A stretch of DNA of 64,000 nt from Patescibacteria group bacterium (GTDB lineage Bacteria > Patescibacteriota > Minisyncoccia > Phycocordibacterales > BOKC01), in assembly GCA_038062955.1 (NCBI GenBank), contig JBBTWE010000001.1, forward strand, positions 253,925-317,924, in the 5' to 3' direction. A program made the translations under genes and the position numbers. Below the pieces are notes generated by a model, which saw only the letters and a list, made by a program, of their open reading frames with translations, made no database searches and was not told the DNA's origin. Positions 30,874 to 39,876 of this stretch are shown piece after piece; within the stretch, counting starts at the first letter, position 1, and the number at the start of each line of letters is the position of its first letter.

Positions 30874-31659
30874 TTACCTTTTCTCCGCTACAATCGCCAT
30901 GAACATTGGAAATTCTTTGCGCGCAATATTTTCTGCCAAAGATCTTGGTCCAAATTCACTTTGTTTGTGAGAGATCCATTCTTCAAGACCTGTAACACAA
31001 AAACCTGCATTCACAATAGCTTTGAAATAATCTTGGATCGGTCGATGAAAAGAGACGGTATGTACTTTTTCCTCTTCTGACTTTGCTCCGGGTGTCATAT
31101 CTACTTCAACTTCAAAAGGAATACCGTACTTATCAATTCTACGATATTGAATTTCTTTTTCTTCATCATATTGCCACGACGAAGCTTTTAATATTCTAAA
31201 TGCTGGATGATTCAAGACAATAACTAATTTTCCACCACGAACAAGAACTCGACATGCTTCTTTGATCACGGCCGACATTTCTTTGATGTTTTGCAGGGCT
31301 AATACAATAAACGCTCCATCAAAAGATTCTTTGTCCGCGGGTATCTTGTTGGCGTTTGCCACTTCAAATTTTAAATTTTCGCCCGATACTAGTTTTGCCT
31401 TTTTTATAAGTTCGCGAGACAAATCGATTCCAAGCACAGTCGCGCCTCCCGCGGCATAAACTTTTGAGAAAAACCCTTGTCCACAAGCAATATCTATCAT
31501 TTTTTTACCGGGAGTTGCTGGTAAAATTCGCAAAAGATTAGGCAAGACTACCTTCTCTTGGTAGGTATCTTCTCCTTTTAACATCTTATCGTACCAACCC
31601 GCCACAGGTTCCCAAGAAGTTTTAATATGGGCTTTTTTAGGAGGTATTTTTTTCATCAA
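30874..31659 (-). CDS. class I SAM-dependent methyltransferase
   Basis: Motif I IDIACGQGFF and a post-I acidic residue, with overall fold-I spacing. Confidence 0.8.
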   Translation of the reverse strand: MMKKIPPKKAHIKTSWEPVAGWYDKMLKGEDTYQEKVVLPNLLRILPATPGKKMIDIACGQGFFSKVYAAGGATVLGIDLSRELIKKAKLVSGENLKFEVANANKIPADKESFDGAFIVLALQNIKEMSAVIKEACRVLVRGGKLVIVLNHPAFRILKASSWQYDEEKEIQYRRIDKYGIPFEVEVDMTPGAKSEEEKVHTVSFHRPIQDYFKAIVNAGFCVTGLEEWISHKQSEFGPRSLAENIARKEFPMFMAIVAEKR

Positions 31660-31660
31660 A

Positions 31661-31735
31661 ATAAATGGTATTAAACCCTTTGACCGTCTACACAGGTGTC
31701 TATCATGAACGATAGACCGCTCGCTAGCCGAAATA
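31661..31735 (-). repeat. MITE-like repeat family D, copy with GACACCTGTGTAGACGG core
   Basis: Both ends match the 39716-39840 copy. Confidence 0.6.
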
Positions 31736-31817
31736 AGACTACTATATTTTTCGCCTTTTTTAAAGTCTGAAATTTACCCGCCAAAGTTTTTTCGAAGAAA
31801 AAATTTAGGTGGGTATA

Positions 31818-31848
31818 TAAAAAAAGCGCACCTCTTTCGAAGTGCGCA
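31818..31848 (-). terminator. rho-independent terminator of a GC-rich cassette
   Basis: On the minus strand: GCGCACttcgaaagagGTGCGC followed by T7. Confidence 0.65.
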
Positions 31849-31866
31849 CGATGACCTTCATTCAAC

Positions 31867-32412
31867 TCATCTACTCGGGTGAGTGGACTCTAGCCATTTC
31901 CAAGCTTTCCTCATTGCGATGAGGTGATGTGGACGGAACTTCATCTGTCCATCTTGTACCCCGTTCTTGTCTCCATCCGTTGATTCTACAGCCTCCTCGA
32001 TTTGACTCTTCGTCCGAAGCTTGAAGGTGCCAGAAACTTCCCCGCGAATCTCCTTGAGGATCGTGGATGGAACTGAAGCAACAAACACAACGTGCCGATC
32101 TCCGTCCTGGTCGATCTCATCGTAAATAGAGAACGGACCTCCGGATTTCTCCAGAATCTGAAGGAGAATATCTGCGGCTTCGTGATCCAATTCCTCATTG
32201 GCTCCACGACTCAGAGTAGAGGAAAGGGATCCCTCATCATTCGCCTCCATTTTCTCATTGAACATGGGAGAGAAAACGCCGGCAAATGACTGTTTCTTAT
32301 AGCCAGTCGGACTTTCAGCATTGAACTCATTCCTCTGTTGACAGATAGTTACCCATCCGCCAAGTTCTGGAATGTGAGTAAAAGCAACACACGCCACATG
32401 GGTTGTTGGCAC
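31867..32412 (-). CDS. GC-rich hypothetical protein (181 aa)
   Basis: ~50 % GC ORF with its own terminator. No recognised motif. Confidence 0.45.
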   Translation of the reverse strand: MPTTHVACVAFTHIPELGGWVTICQQRNEFNAESPTGYKKQSFAGVFSPMFNEKMEANDEGSLSSTLSRGANEELDHEAADILLQILEKSGGPFSIYDEIDQDGDRHVVFVASVPSTILKEIRGEVSGTFKLRTKSQIEEAVESTDGDKNGVQDGQMKFRPHHLIAMRKAWKWLESTHPSR

Positions 32413-32590
32413 GGTTCGATCCTTTGTTTGATTTTTGTGATTTCAGAAGAACAACCTATTTCTTAGACTATATAACTTCTTCCAACAAGTCAATCTTAGT
32501 GAAAACGACCAGCATATAGTTGGTGGTTTTCACTATCAAAAAAATGAGAAAGAAGTTTGTAAGTATTACTAAATATATTTTTCTATTCCT

Positions 32591-33466
32591 CTATTTAATT
32601 TTTTTGCCGTAATATCCCAAAACTGCTTTAAAACCGTCTAGATTTCTCTCCCACTCAACAGTTTCGTGAGTTTTAAGTTCTACTGTGATTGCTGGAATGT
32701 TGATAGAAGCAAGCCAGCCTTCGGCGTCGCCCGATACCGGATAAGCATCAAAAGATTTGATTGCTTGGTATCCTGCGGCGGTCGAATAAGCATTCATGAT
32801 GTCGAGAGTTTCTGGTAAGATTCCGGCATTACATTCTGATGCATAGACAGCATTTGCTTGGCTGTGCCAGAAAATAACAGCCTCTGGTTTATTATTTAAG
32901 ACAAAATCTCTGATAGCTACTGCTTCTGGTTCGGAAAATGGTTTAGTACCAGCACTTACAATTTGTGATCGCCAAGTGCTTTCAGGTTTCCACTTACAAT
33001 CGAAGTTGCGATTCAAATCAACATCGTGAGCATTGAATCGTCCAAGTCCTGGAGTTGCTGGAGCTTCTTTTGGAATATCTGCCAAAGTAAAGCGGCCTTC
33101 TTTTCCAATCACTTTGTATACCCCGTCAGGATTAGCTGATGGAATTATTGTAACGGTAACATTTCCTGGAATGGTTGAATTTTCTTTGAGATAATCTATA
33201 AATTCATAGGCGAGAAGCACACTGTTCCATTCATAACCTCCGTGAATGCCTCCCACAAACAAGAGATGTTGTACACCATTTCCAAATGTATAGCTTTCAA
33301 TATTACGTCCTTCCACAGACTTTCCAACTACTTTGTATCCTGGAATTTCCAGTGTTGTAGGAGTCGGTAAAACCTCTACACCTGTTTCTCTGCTAAAGAA
33401 TGAAATGGCCAGAAACACACAAGCGCCAAGAACAACAATCACAATAATTGCTTTGATAATTTTCAT
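32591..33466 (-). CDS. M14 zinc carboxypeptidase family protein, exported
   Basis: GGIHGGYEW (zinc ligand region), NPDG, DLNRNF. Confidence 0.75.
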   Translation of the reverse strand: MKIIKAIIVIVVLGACVFLAISFFSRETGVEVLPTPTTLEIPGYKVVGKSVEGRNIESYTFGNGVQHLLFVGGIHGGYEWNSVLLAYEFIDYLKENSTIPGNVTVTIIPSANPDGVYKVIGKEGRFTLADIPKEAPATPGLGRFNAHDVDLNRNFDCKWKPESTWRSQIVSAGTKPFSEPEAVAIRDFVLNNKPEAVIFWHSQANAVYASECNAGILPETLDIMNAYSTAAGYQAIKSFDAYPVSGDAEGWLASINIPAITVELKTHETVEWERNLDGFKAVLGYYGKKIK

Positions 33467-33501
33467 TAGAAAATTTAGATTTGAGAATTAAACTGTTAAG
33501 A

Positions 33502-34395
33502 CTATTTGGAATAATATTTGAGAAGAGCATCTATACCCTTCTGATTCTTGTCCCATTCAACCTCATTGTGTGTTGAGAGAAGAACGCTGATTGCTGGAAC
33601 ATTTATTTTAGCGAGCCAATTTACCATGTCTCCTGTTATTTCGTAGAAATCAAAATCATCTGAAGCTGGGTATCCGGAAGCATCAGCGTAAGTTTTTGTT
33701 AGAGTGCTTGTTTCAGGCAAAATACCTTTGTGACAATTTGATGCGAACACACCTCCTGCGGCACTATACCAAACAACAACTGCATCTGGTTTTTTTGTCT
33801 CCACATAATTTTTTATTGCTTGGCTTTCTGGTTCAGAAAATACTGCATCTCCACCGCTTACATCTTTACTTTGCCACTTGCCTGTAGCTTGCCAATCACA
33901 ATCAAAATTTCTGTTTAAATCAACAGTGTTTCCATTGAAACGGCCGGCAACTTGTGTTGTTTGTGATGCTCTAATATCAGCTTTTGTAAAACGTCCTGTG
34001 GTTGTAGCAACCTTGCTTAGACCATCTGGATTTAACACTGGGATAACTGTTACTTTTACGTTTGTTGGGATGACATTAGTAGTGCCTTCTTCCAATAAAT
34101 AATCCATGAGTCGGTAAGCGACCAAAGTTGTATTCCAAGAATACCCTCCGTGGATACCTCCAACAAATAGAAGCTCTGTGTCCCCTTCACCGAAGTGATA
34201 GGCAACGATTTCACGTCCTTCGACTGAAGTTCCGATAACAGTTTTGGTTTTATCAACTGGCACCTGCACGATTGGTTCAGTAACCACTGGAACTGGTTCG
34301 ACAGGAGCTGGCACTGCTTTTTCTTTGTTTTTAATAAAATAGAAACCAAGACCGATGAGAATGATGATTACAATTATTAGTATAAATTTTTTCAT
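33502..34395 (-). CDS. M14 zinc carboxypeptidase family protein, exported (paralog)
   Basis: GGIHGGYSW, NPDGL, DLNRNFDCDW. Start codon lies inside leader copy 3. Confidence 0.75.
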   Translation of the reverse strand: MKKFILIIVIIILIGLGFYFIKNKEKAVPAPVEPVPVVTEPIVQVPVDKTKTVIGTSVEGREIVAYHFGEGDTELLFVGGIHGGYSWNTTLVAYRLMDYLLEEGTTNVIPTNVKVTVIPVLNPDGLSKVATTTGRFTKADIRASQTTQVAGRFNGNTVDLNRNFDCDWQATGKWQSKDVSGGDAVFSEPESQAIKNYVETKKPDAVVVWYSAAGGVFASNCHKGILPETSTLTKTYADASGYPASDDFDFYEITGDMVNWLAKINVPAISVLLSTHNEVEWDKNQKGIDALLKYYSK

Positions 34396-34550
34396 CCCGA
34401 TAGTGAAATTTCAGGTCGTCCTGTAGTAGAAGCGAAGCTTTCACTACGGGACTATCCTCGAAATTCAGTTTATTTTTAATAAGATAGGTTATCCAATTAT
34501 ATTCCCGCGCATCAAGTATTTGCAACCTGAAATTCTACTACGGGATTCAT
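34393..34550 (-). promoter_or_regulatory. leader element family A, copy 3
   Basis: uORF MNPVVEFQVANT. Same hairpin and terminal modules as copies 1 and 2. Confidence 0.7.
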
Positions 34551-34662
34551 AATGTTTTAGAATAATTTAATAAAAACGACAAAAACGTTTGTTTAAACAT
34601 CTCATATCATTCTAAGTCTTTTGATATATCAAAGCAACTCACCATTAACGAAACAAGCGGTT

Positions 34663-35259
34663 TTACAGTATTTTCAGAAAGAAATCTCTAACTTGTCGAA
34701 ACGCTTTACCACGATGGCTAATTTTGTTTTCCTCTTCCACTTCCATCTCAGCCCAAACTTTACTTTGACCGTCGGGCATAAAAATTCCGCTATACGGCAT
34801 ATTTGGCTGACACTCGGTGCGAGGCTTTAGTAAAATTTTACCTTTTACTTCCCCACTAAAAAATTTATGTTCTCCTGTCGGAGAAACCACTACGGCTACT
34901 GTTTGAAAGGTTGCTGTACGTTTATGGAGCGGCACCCCTTCAAGTTTCTTCAAAGTAAAATCTCGGGTAGCCTCTGTCGTTACACCCTTTCCTGCCCATC
35001 TTGCCGCATAAATTCCCGGCTGACCGTCCAAGGTATCGATGAAAAGCCCAGTATCTTCAGCGATGCACCATGCGCCCGTGTGTTTGTGACCAAAGACAGC
35101 TTTCTTTAAGGCATTTTCTTCGAGAGTTGTTCCGTCTTCAATTACTTCTCCTTCTACTCCTGCATCTTCCAAAGACAGAACTTTAATATCGAGACCGGAA
35201 AAAACCGCCTTGATCTGTTCGATCTTGCTTTTATTTCGGCTTGAGAGAATTATTTCCAT
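34663..35259 (-). CDS. rdgB: non-canonical purine NTP pyrophosphatase (RdgB/Ham1)
   Basis: SRNKSKIEQ, IAEDTGL, GQPGIYAARW, and SHRGKAF at the C-terminus. Confidence 0.8.
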   Translation of the reverse strand: MEIILSSRNKSKIEQIKAVFSGLDIKVLSLEDAGVEGEVIEDGTTLEENALKKAVFGHKHTGAWCIAEDTGLFIDTLDGQPGIYAARWAGKGVTTEATRDFTLKKLEGVPLHKRTATFQTVAVVVSPTGEHKFFSGEVKGKILLKPRTECQPNMPYSGIFMPDGQSKVWAEMEVEEENKISHRGKAFRQVRDFFLKIL

Positions 35260-35267
35260 ACAAATAA

Positions 35268-36101
35268 TTATTGTGTGACTACGATGAAGACTAATTCTTG
35301 ATTATCGTTCCCAATAAGTGTGAGAGTACTGCCATTTAAAGAAAATTTTGCTCCGTTTTGTAGAATTGATCCAAACGCATACTCTATCTCCATAATATTT
35401 GCTGGCTCGCTACAGGCCATGTCAGTTGATATGAGTTCTGCCTGCATCACATCGCTTTTAATTGTATAGGGACCGCTCACGGCATTACAAAATCTTGTAG
35501 TAATTTCCCCATCTTTAAAAGTGAGAGAATAACTTTGAGAAGCTGGAAGTTTTACATCATTAAAACTTGTCAAACGAAATGTTGAATCGTCGAGTTTTAC
35601 CGTATTTGGATCATTTGGCGCTGGTTGAAGTGGTCTGTATTTACGAGCAAAAACCATAATTCCTGAATTGTCGGCAAGTGTGATTCTTAATTCATCGTCC
35701 ACAATCTCAAACGAATCGGCCTGTGACAACCCTTGAGAGAATTCTGCCTCAAGAGAACCTGTGGCACATGCCATCTTCGTCGTTGCAATTGAATCAATAT
35801 TTATTGTTCCTCCACTAAGAGCGTATCCTCCTTGAATAGTGTTGCAGTCGGCAGTTCCTGTAAAAGTATTATCTTCTCCTAGATTGATTTTAAACTTGTC
35901 GTTGCCAGGAGCTTCTATCTTTGTGCCATTAGCCAAAGCTGTGTTTTGCCATTCCCAATCTGTCCACAAAATAGAATCCTGCGACTCGTTTAAATTTTGC
36001 CCTGTGGAAATTGGAGCGTTTACCTTAGACGATTGATTCGAAAACCAAGCTATTGCGATAATAACTATGATAATTAAGCCAATTCCTAGTAATTTTTTCA
36101 T
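35268..36101 (-). CDS. exported protein with two META (HslJ-like) domains
   Basis: W-x-W ... GTADCN..G.Y ... TKMAC repeated twice. Confidence 0.6.
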   Translation of the reverse strand: MKKLLGIGLIIIVIIAIAWFSNQSSKVNAPISTGQNLNESQDSILWTDWEWQNTALANGTKIEAPGNDKFKINLGEDNTFTGTADCNTIQGGYALSGGTINIDSIATTKMACATGSLEAEFSQGLSQADSFEIVDDELRITLADNSGIMVFARKYRPLQPAPNDPNTVKLDDSTFRLTSFNDVKLPASQSYSLTFKDGEITTRFCNAVSGPYTIKSDVMQAELISTDMACSEPANIMEIEYAFGSILQNGAKFSLNGSTLTLIGNDNQELVFIVVTQ

Positions 36102-36169
36102 ATTAGTTTAATTAATTATTGATTATTTACTTGTTAATTGACGTACCTTAGACCTTAAACTTACATTCA

Positions 36170-36802
36170 TTAACGATCTAAATTAATGATATCCCCAACA
36201 ATCTCCGGGAACGTTTCCTGGATGAAATGTCCTCTATCATTGAATATCTTCGTATACGCTTTTGGCAAGGCTTCTTTATATTTATTAAGCGCGGAAAGAG
36301 GTACAACTTCATCGTCCTCGCTGTGATACAGATAGACATTTGTTGTTTGTAAATTCAATTTATTGGGCAACGCAAAACTTACCAATCCATATCCATCGGA
36401 GTCTTTGTCGTAAACCGCGGCAACCAAAAACACTGCTTTAATTTTTTTCGGAAACTTATTTTCGCTTAAATACTTAGCTAAAAATGTACCGCCCAGCGAA
36501 TGTCCTATCAGTACAACTTCATCGTTTAAAAATGGGATAAGCTTTTCAAACCACAATTTCCATTCTTCATATTGAGCATTATAATCATTTGGCATCTCCG
36601 GAATGATAACCTCATAATCTTTCCCGAGTCCTTTTCTTATCCACGATCTCCACCTTTTCTTATCTGTTTTATATTTCTCTATATCAATCTCATACTTACG
36701 CAGAAAATTCAAATATTCTTCATAAGTTTCAAACGTGTCCCCTCCATGAATGACCACAATCTGCTTTTTCATATTAGTTTTTTTGTCTTGTATTCTCTTC
36801 AA
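36170..36802 (-). CDS. alpha/beta hydrolase, YdeN/RBBP9-like serine hydrolase
   Basis: Nucleophile elbow LIGHSLGG, and a C-terminal D..H. Confidence 0.65.
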   Translation of the reverse strand: MKRIQDKKTNMKKQIVVIHGGDTFETYEEYLNFLRKYEIDIEKYKTDKKRWRSWIRKGLGKDYEVIIPEMPNDYNAQYEEWKLWFEKLIPFLNDEVVLIGHSLGGTFLAKYLSENKFPKKIKAVFLVAAVYDKDSDGYGLVSFALPNKLNLQTTNVYLYHSEDDEVVPLSALNKYKEALPKAYTKIFNDRGHFIQETFPEIVGDIINLDR

Positions 36803-36954
36803 TTTTTTTCAAGAGATTTAATCTCTCATTTATTTTCCAATACCAACACCAAAACTCTCTTAATAAGAAAAATAACCCAACAAATATAAGAATACCAGCT
36901 AATGTCCATGGACCAAAATTTTGTGGAATTATCATAAAAATATTTATTAATTAA

Positions 36955-37251
36955 CTAATTTACTAACATTAGTTTAACATCTGTGTAACGAGCGCAACCA
37001 TCTGATCTTTTGCCCTCTTTTTGAACTGTTTCCATTTTGGAAACAGTTGCCTTTAAGGTAAGTTCTCCTGTCTCCAAGATATTTCTTGTATGTTTAGATA
37101 TAGCTGCCTTCTGTACACCAAAAAGTTCAGCGATTTGATTTAGACTTGCCCATATCGTTTCTTTCTGAGTATCAGCTCGTAATTCAATAGCACCATTTTT
37201 TGCCTGATAGATTACAATATTATTTTTTATTTGTTTACTTTTCACATTCAT
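36955..37251 (-). CDS. RhuM-family N-terminal-like DNA-binding fragment
   Basis: IVIYQAKNGAIELRADTQKETIWASLNQIAELFGVQKAAISKH resembles the RhuM/Fic-associated N-domain. Truncated at 98 aa. Confidence 0.3.
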   Translation of the reverse strand: MNVKSKQIKNNIVIYQAKNGAIELRADTQKETIWASLNQIAELFGVQKAAISKHTRNILETGELTLKATVSKMETVQKEGKRSDGCARYTDVKLMLVN

Positions 37252-37616
37252 ATTTTTAAAATTTCTATAACTTTAAATCGCTGGCAATAAACTTTCATAT
37301 CATCAGAAAAAGTTCCTTCACGAATGAAATATTTTTGGTGTTCTCTTCTCCAATATTCGAGCGATAAATCCCCCTCCCCCTCATCATGAGCAAATGATTT
37401 ATCAACCTCATTAAATGGCCGGCAGGTTAATTCTGTTGTTTCGATTAGAACTCGCGGACGATCTTGCCAATCTTTGATGATCATCTTTCCGCCGACTTTA
37501 GTACCAAAATCACCCTGAACCTGCGCCCAAGCTGTAGCAGTCTTTCGTCCTTGGAGTACTAGATCAAGTAATTCTTTTCCCATCTCAGGACTATCACCAA
37601 ATGAAAAACTTTTCAT
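37248..37616 (-). CDS. ASCH-domain protein
   Basis: SFGDSPEMGKELLDLVLQGRKTATA resembles the ASCH/PUA-like N-terminus. 4-bp overlap with the downstream gene. Confidence 0.55.
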   Translation of the reverse strand: MKSFSFGDSPEMGKELLDLVLQGRKTATAWAQVQGDFGTKVGGKMIIKDWQDRPRVLIETTELTCRPFNEVDKSFAHDEGEGDLSLEYWRREHQKYFIREGTFSDDMKVYCQRFKVIEILKI

Positions 37617-37621
37617 AAATT

Positions 37622-38917
37622 TTAAAACTCTACCACCGAGACGTCTCCGAAATATTGTGTGCCAGAAGCCTGATCTACGACATATTCGGTTATTTGACCT
37701 AAGAAACCTGGATCATGAAATATTCTCAATTCAGGAGTTGATTTTCCAAGTACAAAAGGCACATCTGAAGGCCGGTCTTTAAATCGCGCTGAAAGAAATT
37801 CGTCATAAATTGGGAGCGGAACGGAAGAATTAGAAAATATAGAAACTGGAATGTTTAAAAATGTCCTGCCTGTATCGTGAGAAAGCCTAAGTTTAAATTC
37901 TATATCAGGAGTAGTGCTTGAGTATTCTGTTGTAGCTAAAGTGAAAGCATTCGTCGGACTATTGCTTCCGGGGAATAAATAAGTTCCTAATGTACCCCCA
38001 CCAGCTAATTGAGGAAGAGGCAACGAAACCTGCGGAGACCACTGGTGTGTGATTGGATCTATATAAGAAGCTATAAGATTTCCGCCAACATCCGGAAGTA
38101 TGACAGCCCCGTCTCCTTGAGGACCAATTTGAAGATTTGAAATAGTAGGACCACAAACTGGAAAAGAAATTGTTTGTACTTGATTGAATGTTATAGAATC
38201 AAAAACAAAAATAGTTCTTTGACAAAAAAAGGAATTATTCACATTGTATACATTGGCTATGATATGAATATTTCCGGTTGATGGATCAATCGCTCCCTTT
38301 AATATACTTATGGAATCGGCTAGATTTGAAAGAGGAATAGTCGAAGTGCTAACCAAAGCGTTACTGCTATCTATTGCATATAATTTAATTTCTGAAAGTT
38401 GATTTACACCAGTTTTTCCAGTAGCAATAACATGCAAATTATTATTCTGGTCAGTTGTTGTCCATATATCTCTCAAAATATATCCTTGAGGCAATGGCAG
38501 ATCTTGCTCCACAAAAGTACGCATGAAATTATCATAACTGCGGTGCTTGAATGCCACCGTTGGATAATTCAAATTCAAGGGGGTTACATTTTCGATTTCA
38601 TAAACAATATCGATATTCCCTCCACGTCGAACAGCAGACATTTGCGACAGGCTTAGTCCTAAAGATTGAGATTGAGCCAAGATTCTTGGAGGATTTATAA
38701 GGCCAGTTGATCCGACTTCGGCAAACCTTATCTGGGTACCATGATTATAAGGAGGAAGCCCCGCAACTTTGTAAACAACAATCGTGCCCACAGGAGGCGG
38801 TGTGAAATTTGGCCTAGCCGCTTCCGCAAACTGATTTAGAGTAAAAATAGAACTCAACAAAAGCACAGTAGTGAAAGAAAATAGAGAAATTAGACCAATT
38901 AAAATTTTAGACTTCAT
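37622..38917 (-). CDS. large exported hypothetical protein
   Basis: Signal peptide plus a 400-aa Ser/Thr/Asn-rich body. Confidence 0.45.
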   Translation of the reverse strand: MKSKILIGLISLFSFTTVLLLSSIFTLNQFAEAARPNFTPPPVGTIVVYKVAGLPPYNHGTQIRFAEVGSTGLINPPRILAQSQSLGLSLSQMSAVRRGGNIDIVYEIENVTPLNLNYPTVAFKHRSYDNFMRTFVEQDLPLPQGYILRDIWTTTDQNNNLHVIATGKTGVNQLSEIKLYAIDSSNALVSTSTIPLSNLADSISILKGAIDPSTGNIHIIANVYNVNNSFFCQRTIFVFDSITFNQVQTISFPVCGPTISNLQIGPQGDGAVILPDVGGNLIASYIDPITHQWSPQVSLPLPQLAGGGTLGTYLFPGSNSPTNAFTLATTEYSSTTPDIEFKLRLSHDTGRTFLNIPVSIFSNSSVPLPIYDEFLSARFKDRPSDVPFVLGKSTPELRIFHDPGFLGQITEYVVDQASGTQYFGDVSVVEF

Positions 38918-38963
38918 AGAATTTTTTAATCTGTTAAATATCTTACAAACAATAACATCCCAC

Positions 38964-39713
38964 TTACTGCTTTTTTAGAAATCCTGTAAATGCTTGGATT
39001 GTTTCAAGAGGTACTGTAAACACAACTGTATTTGAAGCGTCTGAAGAAATATCATTTATTGATTGCAATGTTCGCAGATGCAATGCTCCAGGGACAGCAG
39101 ATAGAATTTGAGCGGCTTGCGCCATGTTTTGAGAAGCGGCCAATTCACCTTCGGATGTAATAATCACTGCTCGTTTTTCTCTTTCAGCTTCTGCTTGTTT
39201 TGCAATAGTTCGCTCCATATTTTCAGGAAGTTTGACGTCTTTTAATTCAACGCTTGAAACATCAATGCCCCATGCAGTTGTAACTTCCTCGACGAGTTTC
39301 TCAATCCTATCAGCAACTTTGTCGCGACTTGCCAAAAGTTCATCAAGTGTAGCTTCGCCAACCACATTACGCATGGTAGTCTGCGCGTATTGCATAATTG
39401 CGTATTGATAATTTTCTATTTCAAGAATCGCTTTATCTGCAGAATTGATCTTGTAATAAATTACAGCATTTACATTTACAGGCACATTATCTTTTGTAAT
39501 AGCGTTTTGATCTGGCACATCAACGGCTTTGGTGCGCATATCAATTTTTTGGTACGTCTGAATTACAGGAAATACAAGGCGCCAACCTGGATTCATGAGT
39601 TTGTGATATTTACCAAACATGAATTTTACCCCTCGTTCATATTGGTTGATCTGACGAATTGAAATCAGAATAACAAATATTATTACAATTACGATTCCTG
39701 GTATATAAGTCAT
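38964..39713 (-). CDS. SPFH/band-7 family protein (stomatin/HflC-like)
   Basis: ERGVKFMFGKY ... AVDVPDQNAITKDNVPV ... coiled AEREKRA. Start set at MTYIPG because the longer ORF would translate the repeat. Confidence 0.8.
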   Translation of the reverse strand: MTYIPGIVIVIIFVILISIRQINQYERGVKFMFGKYHKLMNPGWRLVFPVIQTYQKIDMRTKAVDVPDQNAITKDNVPVNVNAVIYYKINSADKAILEIENYQYAIMQYAQTTMRNVVGEATLDELLASRDKVADRIEKLVEEVTTAWGIDVSSVELKDVKLPENMERTIAKQAEAEREKRAVIITSEGELAASQNMAQAAQILSAVPGALHLRTLQSINDISSDASNTVVFTVPLETIQAFTGFLKKQ

Positions 39714-39715
39714 AT

Positions 39716-39840
39716 AATTTTTTATTCCGGCTAGCGAGTGGCATCGCGAGAATGAGTCGACAGGATCATTGTCGACACCTGTGGACGGCATTCTCATGAT
39801 CCGCGAGCGAAGACGGATCAAAGGGTTTAATACCCTTTAT
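39716..39840 (+). repeat. MITE-like repeat family D, full-length copy
   Basis: Nested inverted repeats (GTCGACA...TGTCGAC, gagaatg...cattctc) and terminal hairpin AAAGGGT/ACCCTTT. Confidence 0.65.
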
Positions 39841-39876
39841 TAAACGATCAATTGTTAAAATTTCTGAATTAAATAA

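Noticed and set aside
38964-39821. Longer SPFH ORF starting at 39821
   Set aside because: Its first 36 codons translate the family D repeat. The start was moved to MTYIPG at 39713.
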